NCBI RefSeq assembly: GCF_009914755.1
Contig: NC_060926.1
Direction: 5' to 3' (one strand)
Origin: the human T2T-CHM13v2.0 reference genome, Homo sapiens
DNA: 64,000 bases
The position numbers and the translations under genes were made by a program. Under the pieces are notes generated by a model that searched no databases, was not told where the DNA came from, and was given only the letters and a program-made list of their open reading frames with translations. Below, in pieces: positions 14,273-28,120 of the stretch. The first letter of the stretch is position 1; the number at the start of each line of letters is the position of its first letter.

Positions 14273-14677
14273 TGATATGGTTTAGATTTGTGTCCCTCCA
14301 AATCTCACACTGAAATGTGATCCCCACTGTTGAAGGTGGGACCTGGTGGGGGGTTTGAATCATGTGGCAGATCCCTCATGAGTGGCTTAACACCATCCCC
14401 TGGTGATGAGTGAGTTCTCACTCTGAGATCCGGTTGTTTAAAAGTGTGTGGCCTTTCCCTCTCTCTCTCTTGCTCCCTCTCTTGCCATGTGACACATCTG
14501 CTCCCACTCTGTCTTCTGCCATGACTGTAAGCTCTCTGAGGCCTGACTTGAAGCCAAGCAGATGGTGGTGCCATGCCTCCTGTACAGCCTGCAGAACCAT
14601 GTGCCAATTAGATCTCTTTCTTTATAAACTACCCAGCCTTGGATATTTCTTTATAGAACCACCAACAGACTAACACA
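14273..14677 (+). mobile_element. MaLR solo LTR (MST family)
   Basis: TGATATGGTTT...ACTAACACA termini, TSD ATGTC/ATGTT, typical MST internal sequence. Confidence 0.9.
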
Positions 14678-15640
14678 ATGTTCATCTCTAAATTTTATTT
14701 CCTGATATCCAGGAGGGCTCCGCCGAGGGCACACATGACCAGTTCTAACCTTAAAATCAGCCTATACATATAAAGAGCTTCTCGATCCCCCTCGTCCTAC
14801 TCAGGGGCTTGGAGGCTTCTTTGCACAGCCTCATAAAAAAATAAATAAATAAAAAATAAAAAAGAGAGAGAGAAAGCTAACTAAAACAACAACAACAAAA
14901 ACCCCTAGGTTCAAAAGTAACAGGCAGGTGAAGCTGGGAGAGCCACTTCCCCAGAAGAGGTCCCTGGAAGGCCTGGCCTGTTCCAGACTGTCATTGTTCT
15001 GGGATTTTGTCACTTGAGATTGTTTTATCATCTGAAACTCTAAAGAGAGAGGCATTTGGGTCAGGGCCCCACTTTAAAATCTCAAAACTTCCAGGATGTG
15101 ACGTGATGAAATGCTCATCACTTAGGACAACTGAGAAGAGCATCAGGAAGGGAATGTAGAGATGCCCACGTGTTCTGTTCGGGGTGCCTCCCTTTTATTA
15201 TTCTCAAGCTTCACAGAGAGAAGAGAATGCAAAAGATCATCCCATCTACATTTTTCGGTAAGATTATTAGATGCAAGGAAGATACTCTTCCTCTATCTAT
15301 GTACCACATGACAAACCTGCGCTCACAAGAGACTCAGAATGGATGCTGGCTATATTGGTTCGAAACGTCCACTGAAAGGCTGGGTTTCTGTGGTAACCTG
15401 GGAAACCTAGGAACCTGGCTTCCAAACATGGTATAATGTTTCTACACACAAAAACATGTGTTCTGACTTCAAAAAGCCAAACTGAAAGAACTTCTGAACT
15501 AGAATTTATTTGTCTAGGTAGTATGATGATTTCATTTCTTAATCAAAATATCATAATTTTATTAATATAGGTAAAACTATGCTAAGGGCGTAAGCAGCTA
15601 AATTAATTTGTTGGCTAATACTCATTTATAGTCAAACCAA

Positions 15641-16306
15641 ATACTTTGAATTGAATGTTTATGTCCTCCTAAAGTTCATTTGTTGAAATCCTAACCCCTA
15701 ATGTAATAGTATAGAAGGTGGGGCCTTGGCCAGGCACAGTGGCTCACGCCTGTAATCCCAACACTTTGGGAGGCTGAGGCAGGTGGATCACGAGGTCAAG
15801 AGTTCGAGACCAGCCTGACCAACACAGTGAAACACCGTCTTTACTAAAAATACAAAACTTAGCCAGGCATGGTGGCGCGTGCCTGTAATCCCAGCTATTC
15901 AGGAGGTTGAGGCAGGAGAATCACTTGAACCCAGGAGGCGGAGGTTGCAGTGCTGAGAGCTGAGATCGTGCTATTGCACTCCAGCCTGGGAGACAGAGTG
16001 AGACTCCATCTCAAAAAAAAAAAAAAGATGTGGCCTTTGGAAGGTGATTTAGGTCATAAAGATGGAGCCCTCATGAATAGGATTACTGCCCTTATAAAAA
16101 CATACCCCAGAGAACCCTATGGCTCTCTCTGCCACATGAAAATACAGCAGTCAGCAGTCTACCACCCAGAAGAGAGCCCTCACCAGAACCCGATCATGTT
16201 GGCACCCTGATCTCAGACTTCCAGCCTCCAGAACTGTGACAAATAGATTTCTGTTGTTGATAAGCCACCTAGTCTACTTTGTTAGAGCGGCCTGAACTAA
16301 GACATC
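15641..16306 (+). mobile_element. MLT1A-like LTR interrupted by an Alu
   Basis: tgaatgtttatgtcctcctaaagttcatttgttgaaatcctaacccc ... gacttccagcctccagaactgtga...ataagccacctagtcta. Confidence 0.85.
15728..16026 (+). mobile_element. AluS (Sg/Sc-like) nested in MLT1A
   Basis: Alu dimer with A-tail; degenerate TSD ending GGCCTT. Confidence 0.93.
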
Positions 16307-18886
16307 AACCATTCAGGTCTTTTTATACACCTAGTCATACTAGAATTCCCTCAGTATTTTTCACAGAAATGCAGGATTTTATGATTATTTATTCCTATTA
16401 CAAACGTGGGCTTACCTTCCAGTGTGCCGCTTTCTGGAAGCTACTGTTATTTTGTGTACATCACCACTCCTCCTAGCTAGGTGTCAGCTGAAGAACTGGG
16501 AAGCATGTTTTCTACATGGTGTACAAGTTGCTGCTTTCAACCAATTTGATCACAGGACACTGTCTGTTTATCAAATTCTAAGACTGTCCCCACCCCTTGA
16601 TATTCCTGGCTGCTTTCCCCTCTAGCTGTTCAATAGCCCTATATATGGTTGTCAGTATAGAAGTTAAAAATTTCAAAATGTTATTAGCTGCAGCAGCTGG
16701 GGATGCGGTGATGCTAGTAAATGGGAAAAGACTGAGGCAAGTGAGATTACATTACAGTATCTAGTCTTTTTATTTTAATGATTTTTTTTTTTTGCAGTCT
16801 TCCCTTAGGAGGGATGAATAAGAATTGGGTAAATCTCCACATTTTAGCAAGAGCTTTTAATCACTAAATGTTTTTTCCTAAAGGTAGCATTAACTGGCAG
16901 GTTTTAGGGATGGTGCCTGAACAAGCAGAGGCAGGGAGAGGAGCCACGTCGTGGTCTGGGTGCCTCTCTGATTAGACAGCTGACCAGTTTCAGGGGAGGA
17001 AGGGGTTTCTGCAATGGCACAAGCCCTGGAACCTTTTCTGTCTGTGCTGCAAATGACAGTCTTTCCTACTCTGTGTACAGCAGAGAGGGTGAGGAAAAGG
17101 GTCAACAAAAAGAAAGAAAATGGAAACTCATTCTCATTGCTCACAGTATTTGGGCTCAATATATGCTCAGGAATCTCTCCTTTTTGTGACAGCCTCCCCC
17201 ACAAAACACACAGATCCTCCCACCCCATAATGTGCAAATGCATACACTGCCACCCCATCAGGCAGTTACTTTAAAAATTATATGGCAGACATTAGACAGG
17301 AAAAAAAAAAAGAAAAGAAAAAGCTTTTCCTTATCCTAGATTTCAGAGAGCTTCATCTGAACCCAGAGGTTTATGCCTGGCCCTGGCATCTTAGCTGGCT
17401 CAGCATGTCCACAGGCTGACCTCTGAAACTATTTCCAGTGTCCTAGAGGAACTCAGAATGGCTCTCATGCATCAGTCCAGCTGCTCCGGTACTACAGCCA
17501 AACAGGGTTCCAACTAACATGTGCTGTTAGCTTTTCTGACGTCAATCCTAAGCAAAGTATCCCAATTTTTCTTTGGACTCAATTTTAACTCAGTTACTCA
17601 TAAGACTGTCATTCTCTTATTTGGCACCCATTTACATTTCCTGCCTGCATCACCCCAGACTTAAAAGATCACTGCTTTAGAAGACAGTTCATTTCTCATC
17701 ACTGAAAGGTTCAAACACACAGAGCAACCGCTCTTTGAGGAATAATTCACCCAGTGGTCCTTAGCCTTCAGTGAGATTCCAGGTAACCCAGATAGCCTAA
17801 AATGCCCCCCACATTGTTTTTGCCGGCGACAGAGGGACCCAATGGTTTACATTTTTAATGAGCACCCCAAGAGTTTCTGATGCAGGTGGTACGGTGAGGG
17901 GTAAAACCAAGACAGCAAGTCTTTGAAATTCAGAGACCCAGTGCCCCTGCTAAGCTGGAAGGGCTACTCCACGGGATTCCACAGCTAATCGGAATCTTCT
18001 GGGCACTCTAGCTCTGGGTCCGTGTCACTCCCAAAGCAGCCCCATCTTGTCCCTTGCTCCACACAGAGTCCACCTTTCAACTCTTCCAAATGACACTTGA
18101 CTTGTCACTCCCCAGCAGGAAAAGGCGTCTCCTGGTTCTAAAACTGCCTGCTCTCTGCCCGCACCCTTCAGATCCTCTTTTGTGTCAGCTGAGCCAAGCA
18201 ATTTCCGGTTCCCTGAACTGACACTTCTAACCAACCCTCCCTGCGATGCGAGAGGTTTTCATGGCTCCTCTAATTGACATGTAGGGAGTTCCTAGGTTAA
18301 CAGGTCTACAAACTTTATTGGGATAAACAAATTGCTGGGATGAATCCCCCTGGGGGGAGGCCTTCCACAGCATACACCCACACAGTGACAGGCCAGATCT
18401 TTCTGTTCCTATTCAGGCATAGAGTAATTTCCACATGTGCTCATCTCACAAACTGTCTCCATCCTTACTTTAGTTGACGTGATTGTTTGTGGCAAAAATT
18501 TCAGAAAACAGCTGTCCTGGTCAACCCAACGACCTCATTTTAATCAGAAAGGGTGGAGCACCTCTAGGCGCATCCCTGACACAGAGCACTGTCACACACT
18601 GACAATTCTTGCTGAGATAATGACCGATAAGTATACCTAACTTCACACCCTGGATGTGTTCTGGAAAAATTTGATATGAGCAAATCCATGTTTTAAATGT
18701 GATGAGGAAACACAATTTTTAAAGAAAGCCTGAGAAAAATACCAGAAAATGCTGTGCCCTGCAAAATATGCATGAAATACATAAATGCTATTGTTACAAA
18801 GAGAGGTTCCAGTGCTCAAAGATATTAAACAATCTAGCTGGTAATGATAAACATACCTAAACAAAAGCTTAAAAAACAACTCAGCA

Positions 18887-19203
<317 letters not shown>

Positions 19204-19877
19204 AAAAACCCTCAGTAATTAACCAACAATCACATAATGAGGAATCCTTTTATAATGAAAATTACTAGTTTTTTTTTTTTTTCAATCAATCCATCTAAGA
19301 TGTGTCCCCTGTATTCTGGTGGGGAGGGGAGGAGAGGAAAATTTTACCAAAAACCTGAAGGTTGAGAAAAACTAAAGAGAGGCCCCTCTAATAAAACATA
19401 TGTACATCTTTAAATTCTTACATAAGACTCAAGAAACTTAAGTTTTAATGCTACTTCATATTCTTACAGAATTGCAGCTCTGTAATAGCTTTCAAAACAA
19501 TCTTACAAATGGGCAAGAATATTACAAGAACTCACTCCCATTCCCTAGAGGTAACCTGATACCTTAATGGGTAGTGGTGCAACCCATCCCTTTCTCAAGA
19601 CAACAGGCATTATTGCTTTTCCACTCCACCCACTTACACACCCCAAGTGAGATGTGGTGGATGAAACCCATCACATCAGAATTGTTCTAATGTAATAAAG
19701 AGCAGGAACTTTAGGAAAAAAAAGAGATCATCTGCCTGGAAGAGGTAGACCTTGAATTTCAACTTAAAGAAGAGAGGGACACAAACTTGAAGATAGGACG
19801 CTGTAGTTCTGTGGCCAGTTGTGATAGCCTAACAAAAGCTTGGAGGAGAGGAAGGAAAGACTTCAGAAAGAAAGGAA

Positions 19878-20181
<304 letters not shown>

Positions 20182-20539
20182 CAACGAGGAACTTTTGGCT
20201 GGAATGGCAGGTATGAACTTGCACAAAGCAGAGGATGGGAAGAAAGGGGCAGTCACTCAGGATCCTTGAAGGCTATGGACATTGCCATAGCCATTAACAT
20301 ATTTAAGCTATTAATATTTCTGTAAAGAAATATCTTCTAACTGCAAGTTAAAAACAACCACCAAAAAAAAAAATAACATTTCCATATACATTATGTACAA
20401 CAGAGCCACCAATATAATACTTCTGCTATGGAAGCTAATGTGACCACAAGTGAGTCATGAAGTATTTTGCATTTATTTCAGGTCCAACAACGTGCCCAGT
20501 TGATGAATTTTGCCTAAATTGAATGTCTCTGGTACCACA

Positions 20540-20968
20540 TTGTTATGGGGTGAATTGTATGCACCCAAGAAGACAGACTGGAGTCCTAACCCCCGGTACC
20601 TTGGAATGTGACCTTATTTGGAGACAGGGTTTTTACAGAGGAAATCAAGTTAAAATGAGGCCCTAATCTAGTATGACTGGTAGCCTTATTAAAATGAGAA
20701 GTTTGGACACAGACAGGCAGGCACACAGACAGGCAGGCACACAGACAGAATGTCATGTGAAGACGAGTTATGTTGCCACAAGTCAACTACTAGAAGCTAA
20801 GAGAGAAGCCTGGAATGGATCCTTCCCTGGCACCTTCAGAGGGAGCATGGCCCTGCTGACACCTTGAACTCAGAATGCTAGCCTCCAAAACTGAGAAAAT
20901 TAGTTTCTGTGTTTAAGAAACACAGTTTGTAGAACTTTGTTATAGCAGCCCTAGCAAACTAATACTCA
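20540..20968 (+). mobile_element. MLT1B/C-like solo LTR with an internal 16-bp tandem repeat (20707-20748)
   Basis: TGTTATGGGGTGAATTGT...gaatgtgaccttatttggagacaggg...agcagccctagcaaactaata. Confidence 0.85.
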
Positions 20969-21165
20969 GGTGCTTCGGTAGTCTGCTTGGGCCAGGTTGT
21001 CCTGTTGACTAGTAAAACACACATTTTGCCATAAAATATTTTTAAAAGAAAAACATTAATATTTTGCTTCCATGATGCAATTACTATTTTACCATGGCCT
21101 TCTGTCTCACCACTTCAGAATTATGGATAAGTCTTAGGGATTCAAAACAAAAATAACCAATGTAG

Positions 21166-21460
21166 GGCTGGGCACAGTGGCTCATGCCTGTAATCCCAGC
21201 ACTTTGGGAAGCCAAGATGGGCAGACCACCTGAGGTCAGGAGTTCGAGAGCAGCCTGGCCAACATGGCGAAACCCTGTCTCCACTAAAAATACAAAAATT
21301 AGCCGGGCGTGGTGGCACATGCTTGTAGTCTCAGCTACTCGGGAGGCTGAGGCAGGGAGGCGGAGGTTGCACCGAGCTGAGATCGCACCACTGCACTACA
21401 GCCTGGGGCGCAGAGGGAGACTCCATCTCCAAAAAAAAAAACCAAATTAATTAATTAAAT
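21166..21460 (+). mobile_element. AluS with an internal deletion in the right arm
   Basis: GGCAGGGAGGCGGAGG lacks the usual GAATCGCTTGAACCC segment; TSD AATAACCAATGTAG. Confidence 0.93.
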
Positions 21461-21728
21461 AATAACCAATGTAGTAACGATTACACAGATATGTGAAGGA
21501 TGCTTCCCCAAATAAAACCAAGCAAAAGAACTATCTAGTCAAGATTGAGCTCTTAATCCAAAACCTTTTAACCAAACCTATGAATCAGACCTACCTTCAC
21601 TTGGTTTTATTTTGTACCTACCTATACTGATGGTGCTAATAAGTACTATCTGGTTTGGGTTTCATTTTCTTTCAAGTCCTTCTGTGCATCTTCTGGTAAA
21701 AGTGTCAACAAAGAAGGATCCTACACAT

Positions 21729-21960
21729 CAGGGGTCTGCAAACTATGGTCTGCCGGTCAAACACTGCCTGCAGCTGGCTTTTGTATTTAAAGTTTTATTG
21801 AAACACAACCATGCCCATTTGTTTATATATTATCTATGGCTGCTTTCCAGTTACAAAGGCAGTGCTGAGTAATTGTGACAGAGACCTTATGGCCTACAAA
21901 GCTTAAAATATTTACTATCTGGCCCTTCACAAAAAAAAAAAAAACCCTGATCCCAACTAT
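21729..21960. mobile_element. MER58A-like hAT MITE
   Basis: caggggtctgcaaactatgg...aaagttttattgaaacacaaccatgcccatttgttta...aaaatatttactatctggccctt. Confidence 0.85.
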
Positions 21961-22104
21961 AGATAGTGTATGAAATATATGAGCAGTTCCCACGTAAACC
22001 TTTATTGCTTGTTTCTCTCGATTGTCAATAATCCCAATTCCATTAGTACTATTTTCCAATCCTATTTCACACATTTCACTAGAGAACAATAAAAAGAGGA
22101 AGGG

Positions 22105-22390
<286 letters not shown>

Positions 22391-22966
22391 AGGACCTCTT
22401 AGAATGTTAAATACTACCTTCTTTTTTGCTTAAATTTCTCTTAATGCTCGCCAGTTTTTCTGCACCCCTTTTAAAGAGATAAAACCAAACTCGGCAATGA
22501 ATTGATGTCAAGAACATGGAAGATATATTTCCTTTTTTTCCCTATTCTAATTTAGTATCCTAATAAGCAGTTTCATAGAGTCAGTTAAAGGGTAGACTAA
22601 CTCTAAGGTGACAATCAACACAAAACAGCCCATTGAGAACTCTGTTTCTATACAGGAAACAAATCAAATGCACCTGGAAGAAAAATGGTCAAAATTCAGG
22701 TAAACTGTAGCATGTCAGCTGCAAATCAGACATGTTCTTACTAGGCATTTCTTAAATATCTGAAGCTCTTATGGCACTAATTTCTAACTTATATAGTTAT
22801 TTATACACTTGCTCCATACTCTCTCTTAGACTGTAAGGTTGACAACAGGATTACTAATTTGTTATTGCCCTCAGGGCCTAACACAGTTCTTGGCCCATAA
22901 TGTACTCTAAAATATTGACTGAATGAATGATAATCCAAGCTGAATTTGGTTGAAAATGGCCAAGCT

Positions 22967-23330
<364 letters not shown>

Positions 23331-24813
23331 CTAGTCCTGGTTTTGTTACAAATAAGCTATGCGATGTCCTCACCTCTAAAATAAGTACTGGGAAAAGCTC
23401 ATCTCTGGGTCCTTTTGGCCTAGTATACTACACTTCTTTTGTAATAACACATTATATACTGAACATTCCTTCAGATCACTTCATCCGAAACACTAGTATC
23501 ACATCGCAGAATTCATTCAGGATAAAATTTCATGTTGTAGACACCAGAAACAGTTGGTGAGGGAGACCGACAGACTTCCACCCACTTTTCGTTGGACTAT
23601 GCAACTAAGAACCTTAATATAGATTTTTTTTTAGATGGTACAAGTGAACAATTTAGTCTAGATTACCTATTATAACAAAGGATGATCAAGTGGCCATTCA
23701 GAATTTTCAAGAACACACAGCAGTGTGTTCCTCACAGACGAGCCTTCTCCACAGTAGGGTTGTAAAGTCCTAACTGTGGTTTCTTCTATACAGGAACTTA
23801 CACCTAGAAACCACAGAGTAAATTCTGCATGCTGTAATAAGTCAGGCAGGAAGGGACTGAAAGTATGCAAATTTTTCTACCCACAGCCAATTATATGAGA
23901 AAGACAAAACAAATTTAGAGGACAAAAGAATATTCATTATTAGAATGTGTGAGTTTTCCAGATCACTGACATTTTAAACTAGATTGATTTCTCAAGTCAG
24001 CTTTCTTGACTTTGTAAATGCTTTAAAAAGCAATAAAACAGGTGGAAAAACTGACCTTAACAGAGGAGAAATTAAAAGCAAAAAAAGAAATGAGAGTTGG
24101 CAGATACTAGTTTATTTTGCCTGAAGTTAACATGCAACTTACTATTGCTAAAGGCCTACTCTGTTCAGAGAATGACTTTTTAAACCTCACATAAAAGCAA
24201 TTCTGAAGTTCTATCAATGATTTTTTAAAAAGATACACTCTTTAACATTCATTAGAAAAACATTAGTGCAAGTGTGTGCCATACTTAGAAAAACAAAGAT
24301 TTTAAGGTAGGATGGTGAAGCACTAAGTAAAAGTCAGAAGATCCAGCTTTTCAAGCTGTGAGAATTTAAACAAATCACTCAATGTTTCTGGATTTTAATT
24401 ATTTAGGAGTAAATTAAAGGGGTTGAACCCGATAATCTCTAATGTCCTTTCCAACACTAAAATGCAAAAGCTTCTTTTAAATAAGTGGTTCCCAAACTGT
24501 TCCAAGAACACAATTAGTAAATATTCTAAAACTAAATTATTCCATGATCAAGTAATTCTAGGAAAACAAATCATGAAGTCAGACAAATATCTCCACTGTA
24601 GGACTTCTTGAAGACTTTTTACTGCTAATTTACACTTTTACTCTCCTGGACAATACTACATAGTATGTAGTGTTTCCGAAGTTTCTTTGTAAAATGAGTA
24701 TTTTAATTCCTTGAACACTTTCAACCTTTAATAGAATCCGTGTATCTTAGTAAGCACAATTAAGGAAAGCAGCTTTGAACAATAAACTTCTGAATTTAAA
24801 ATCAGATGCTGAA

Positions 24814-25117
<304 letters not shown>

Positions 25118-25976
25118 TCAGATGCTGAAAGAAGGAAAATGCTCACATAATAGTCGAGGGCATCTATTTCAGAAACTGTAATAACATCTCCATAGTGTTT
25201 ACATATCATAAAGCACTTTATCTTACATTAACTCTTTTGACCCTTAACCCTGAGAAGCAAGGACAAATATAATAATCCTCACAAGTCTTTCTCATCACAA
25301 GGATTTTCGGCTAGTGAACAGAATGATCACAATTTTCTTCCACGATTATAACCGTAGGCTTTCCTTGACCCTTCCTCCAAAATCCTCTTTTGTATACAAA
25401 CTGACCTGTTAGGAGACACCCCAAGGAAGGAGGGAAGCATCCAGAGTACCTGTGCCAGGTAATGTGCCACGTGCTGTCACCCAGATGATGTCATGTAATC
25501 ATCTCAATAACACTGAGTAACTATTATCCCTGGTTTTGCTGCCAAGGAAATTAAGACCCAGAAAGTTTAAGAAATGTCCCTTCGAGTGATAAGAGCTGGG
25601 ATCCACACCAATGTCCAACTTTTTTTCTTTAAAAGCAACCTGTGTTTTGAAATGGTTTGATAGTGAAATTTTTTTAAATGGACGTTGGCCATGTGGTTCA
25701 GTTGAAAAAAATTAACACTTTATTTTGGTTTGTGTTTCATGGTTTGTGGAATCTGTTTGAAATATGATTTGATTTACACAAATATTACAACAGTAGTTAG
25801 AGGGAGGTGTAATTTATACAAGAACTTCATCTTAATAATTACAACCACCTCAGTTCTTACTAGGTGCCAGACAGACCCATATGTACTATCTCATTTAATC
25901 CTCCAAACAACTCCACAAGGAAGGATCCCAGGACTATTCTACCTTCAAGGCTTTTACCTCAGAACTTCCTCTCTGA

Positions 25977-26331
<355 letters not shown>

Positions 26332-26347
26332 GTGGGGAATGTCTACC

Positions 26348-26404
26348 TGCGCATGCACGTGGCACTCTCTGACCGAGGTCCGGGGACTTTCCCCTAGGCG
26401 GAAG
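26348..26404. promoter_or_regulatory. Candidate enhancer motif cluster (NRF1-like, E-box, NF-kB, ETS)
   Basis: TGCGCATGCA 26348-26357, CACGTG 26356-26361, GGGGACTTTCCCC 26382-26394, GCGGAAG ~26398; CpGs retained. Confidence 0.5.
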
Positions 26405-26439
26405 GATCTTATCAGAATCTCCATGCCCCACCCTATACC

Positions 26440-27720
26440 AAAAGCTCATTGTCTTTCTTGATTTCACGTTTCCTTAGCCTTTGGAACAGTGCTCTCAATT
26501 TTCAGAGCATACTCATCTTACCAATGTCAAACCCTATATAAACCCATTATCCAGATGCTTTCCCTTACTTATTGCTCGTGGAGGGTCAGGATACCATGCC
26601 AACTCGTACCTCTGAACTCCCATGGCTCCTTACTACTGCTTGAGTCATCCTTGCACTCATTTCTGTTTGAATGCTCACCAAATTCCCAAGAGCATTATTC
26701 CAAATCTTTTGTCATACTCCTTAAACTGAAAATCCCATCTTTTTTATTTTATAGAATCTGAACAGACAACCTCGCCTCCTTACTGAATCCTAAGCTTTCA
26801 TAAAAAGGTGAGCTTCACTGGCCTTCCTGCCTTCTCTAGCATAACCCATTTTCTCCTTCCTGTAATCACTGTCAGGAAGACTTCTGAGGAGCCCTTTCCT
26901 GTAAGACTAATCCTGCCTCAACCTTTCATAAAAGTAAGCCCTATTTCCAAATATTCCCTCTTTTTTCTAGCACCTTGCTTTACCTACAAACACAGATGCT
27001 GAAATAATCTTGTCTCTAGGCTGTCACTTGAAATTTTCAGGAAAAAAACTCTCTTTGGCGTCTGACTTTCCTAAAGACACACCCTCTTCATTCATTCACT
27101 CTTTAAACCCTTTGGAATGTGCTTCCCTCACCCCTGCCTCCACCCTCCTTTCCTGCCCCACTACACACACAGGACTCCACTGAGACTTCTGTTTTAAAAG
27201 TTTACAAAGACCTCCCAATGGGTATTTCCAATGGCCCTTTACTAGGCTTTTGTCTTTCTTGACCTCTTGGCAACATTTAATGGAGCTGACCACCTCTTCT
27301 TAAAACTTTGTTCTCCTTGGCTTCTGTGACACTCTCCGGATTCTCTCAGTTTTGTGCCACTTCTTTCCTCCTACTTTGCCTAAGGCTCCCCCCTACTCCT
27401 GCCCAATATAGAATCTGTGCTCCCCGAAGTCTGTCCCATCTCTTGTCTTGACACATTCTCTCCTCGGAGTGCTTTAATCCATTCCCAATGCTCCACCTAT
27501 TAAATCTGAGAAGTTTCTGTGCTTCTTCCCCAGAGCTCCGGTTCTCTAACTGCTTGCTAGAAATTTCTGCCTGGGATGGCAAGTGGGAAGAATAATGTGT
27601 AATTCATGTGGACAAGTTAAAATGGCCAAACCAAACTCACTGCCTTTCCCCCAGAAACTCTTATTTTGGTAGGCTGAATACTCTAAACCACTCACCACTA
27701 TATCTGCCCATCTTCCATAT
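26440..27720. mobile_element. L2 (LINE2) degraded fragments
   Basis: Pyrimidine-rich L2-like tracts, e.g. cttgacctcttggcaacatttaat...gaccacctcttcttaaaactttgttctccttggcttctgtgacac. Confidence 0.65.
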
Positions 27721-27977
27721 TCCTTTGAGGTGGGAGATGTTTTAATATAACCAATGTACTTGTTAGACTATAGATATTAAAGGTGACTGTATAATTATGA
27801 ATGACGTATATTACCAAGAATGAAATTTGCCATATAACAATGTGTTTGAGAAGATCCAGGACAAACACGAAAATCCATGCAGACATGTGAGGCAGCTTCT
27901 ACTCTGACTTCAAGGTAATCTCAAGGGAGTGGTAAAGAAATGCTTACAACCATCTCCCCAACCAAAATAACTTCTTA

Positions 27978-28120
27978 AAGTGGTTTTCACTAGGGGTGTG
28001 TGATTAGCCATTTAGGCTGGACGATTCTTCCTTATGAGAAACTGAGCTGGACACTGCAGGATATTAAGTATCCCTGGTGTCTGGACACCAGTATCAGAAT
28101 TCAACAATCCCTCTCCAATT
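27978..28120. mobile_element. MER3-like hAT MITE fragment
   Basis: agtggttttcact...ggctggacgattctt...cactgcaggatattaagtatccctgg. Confidence 0.55.
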
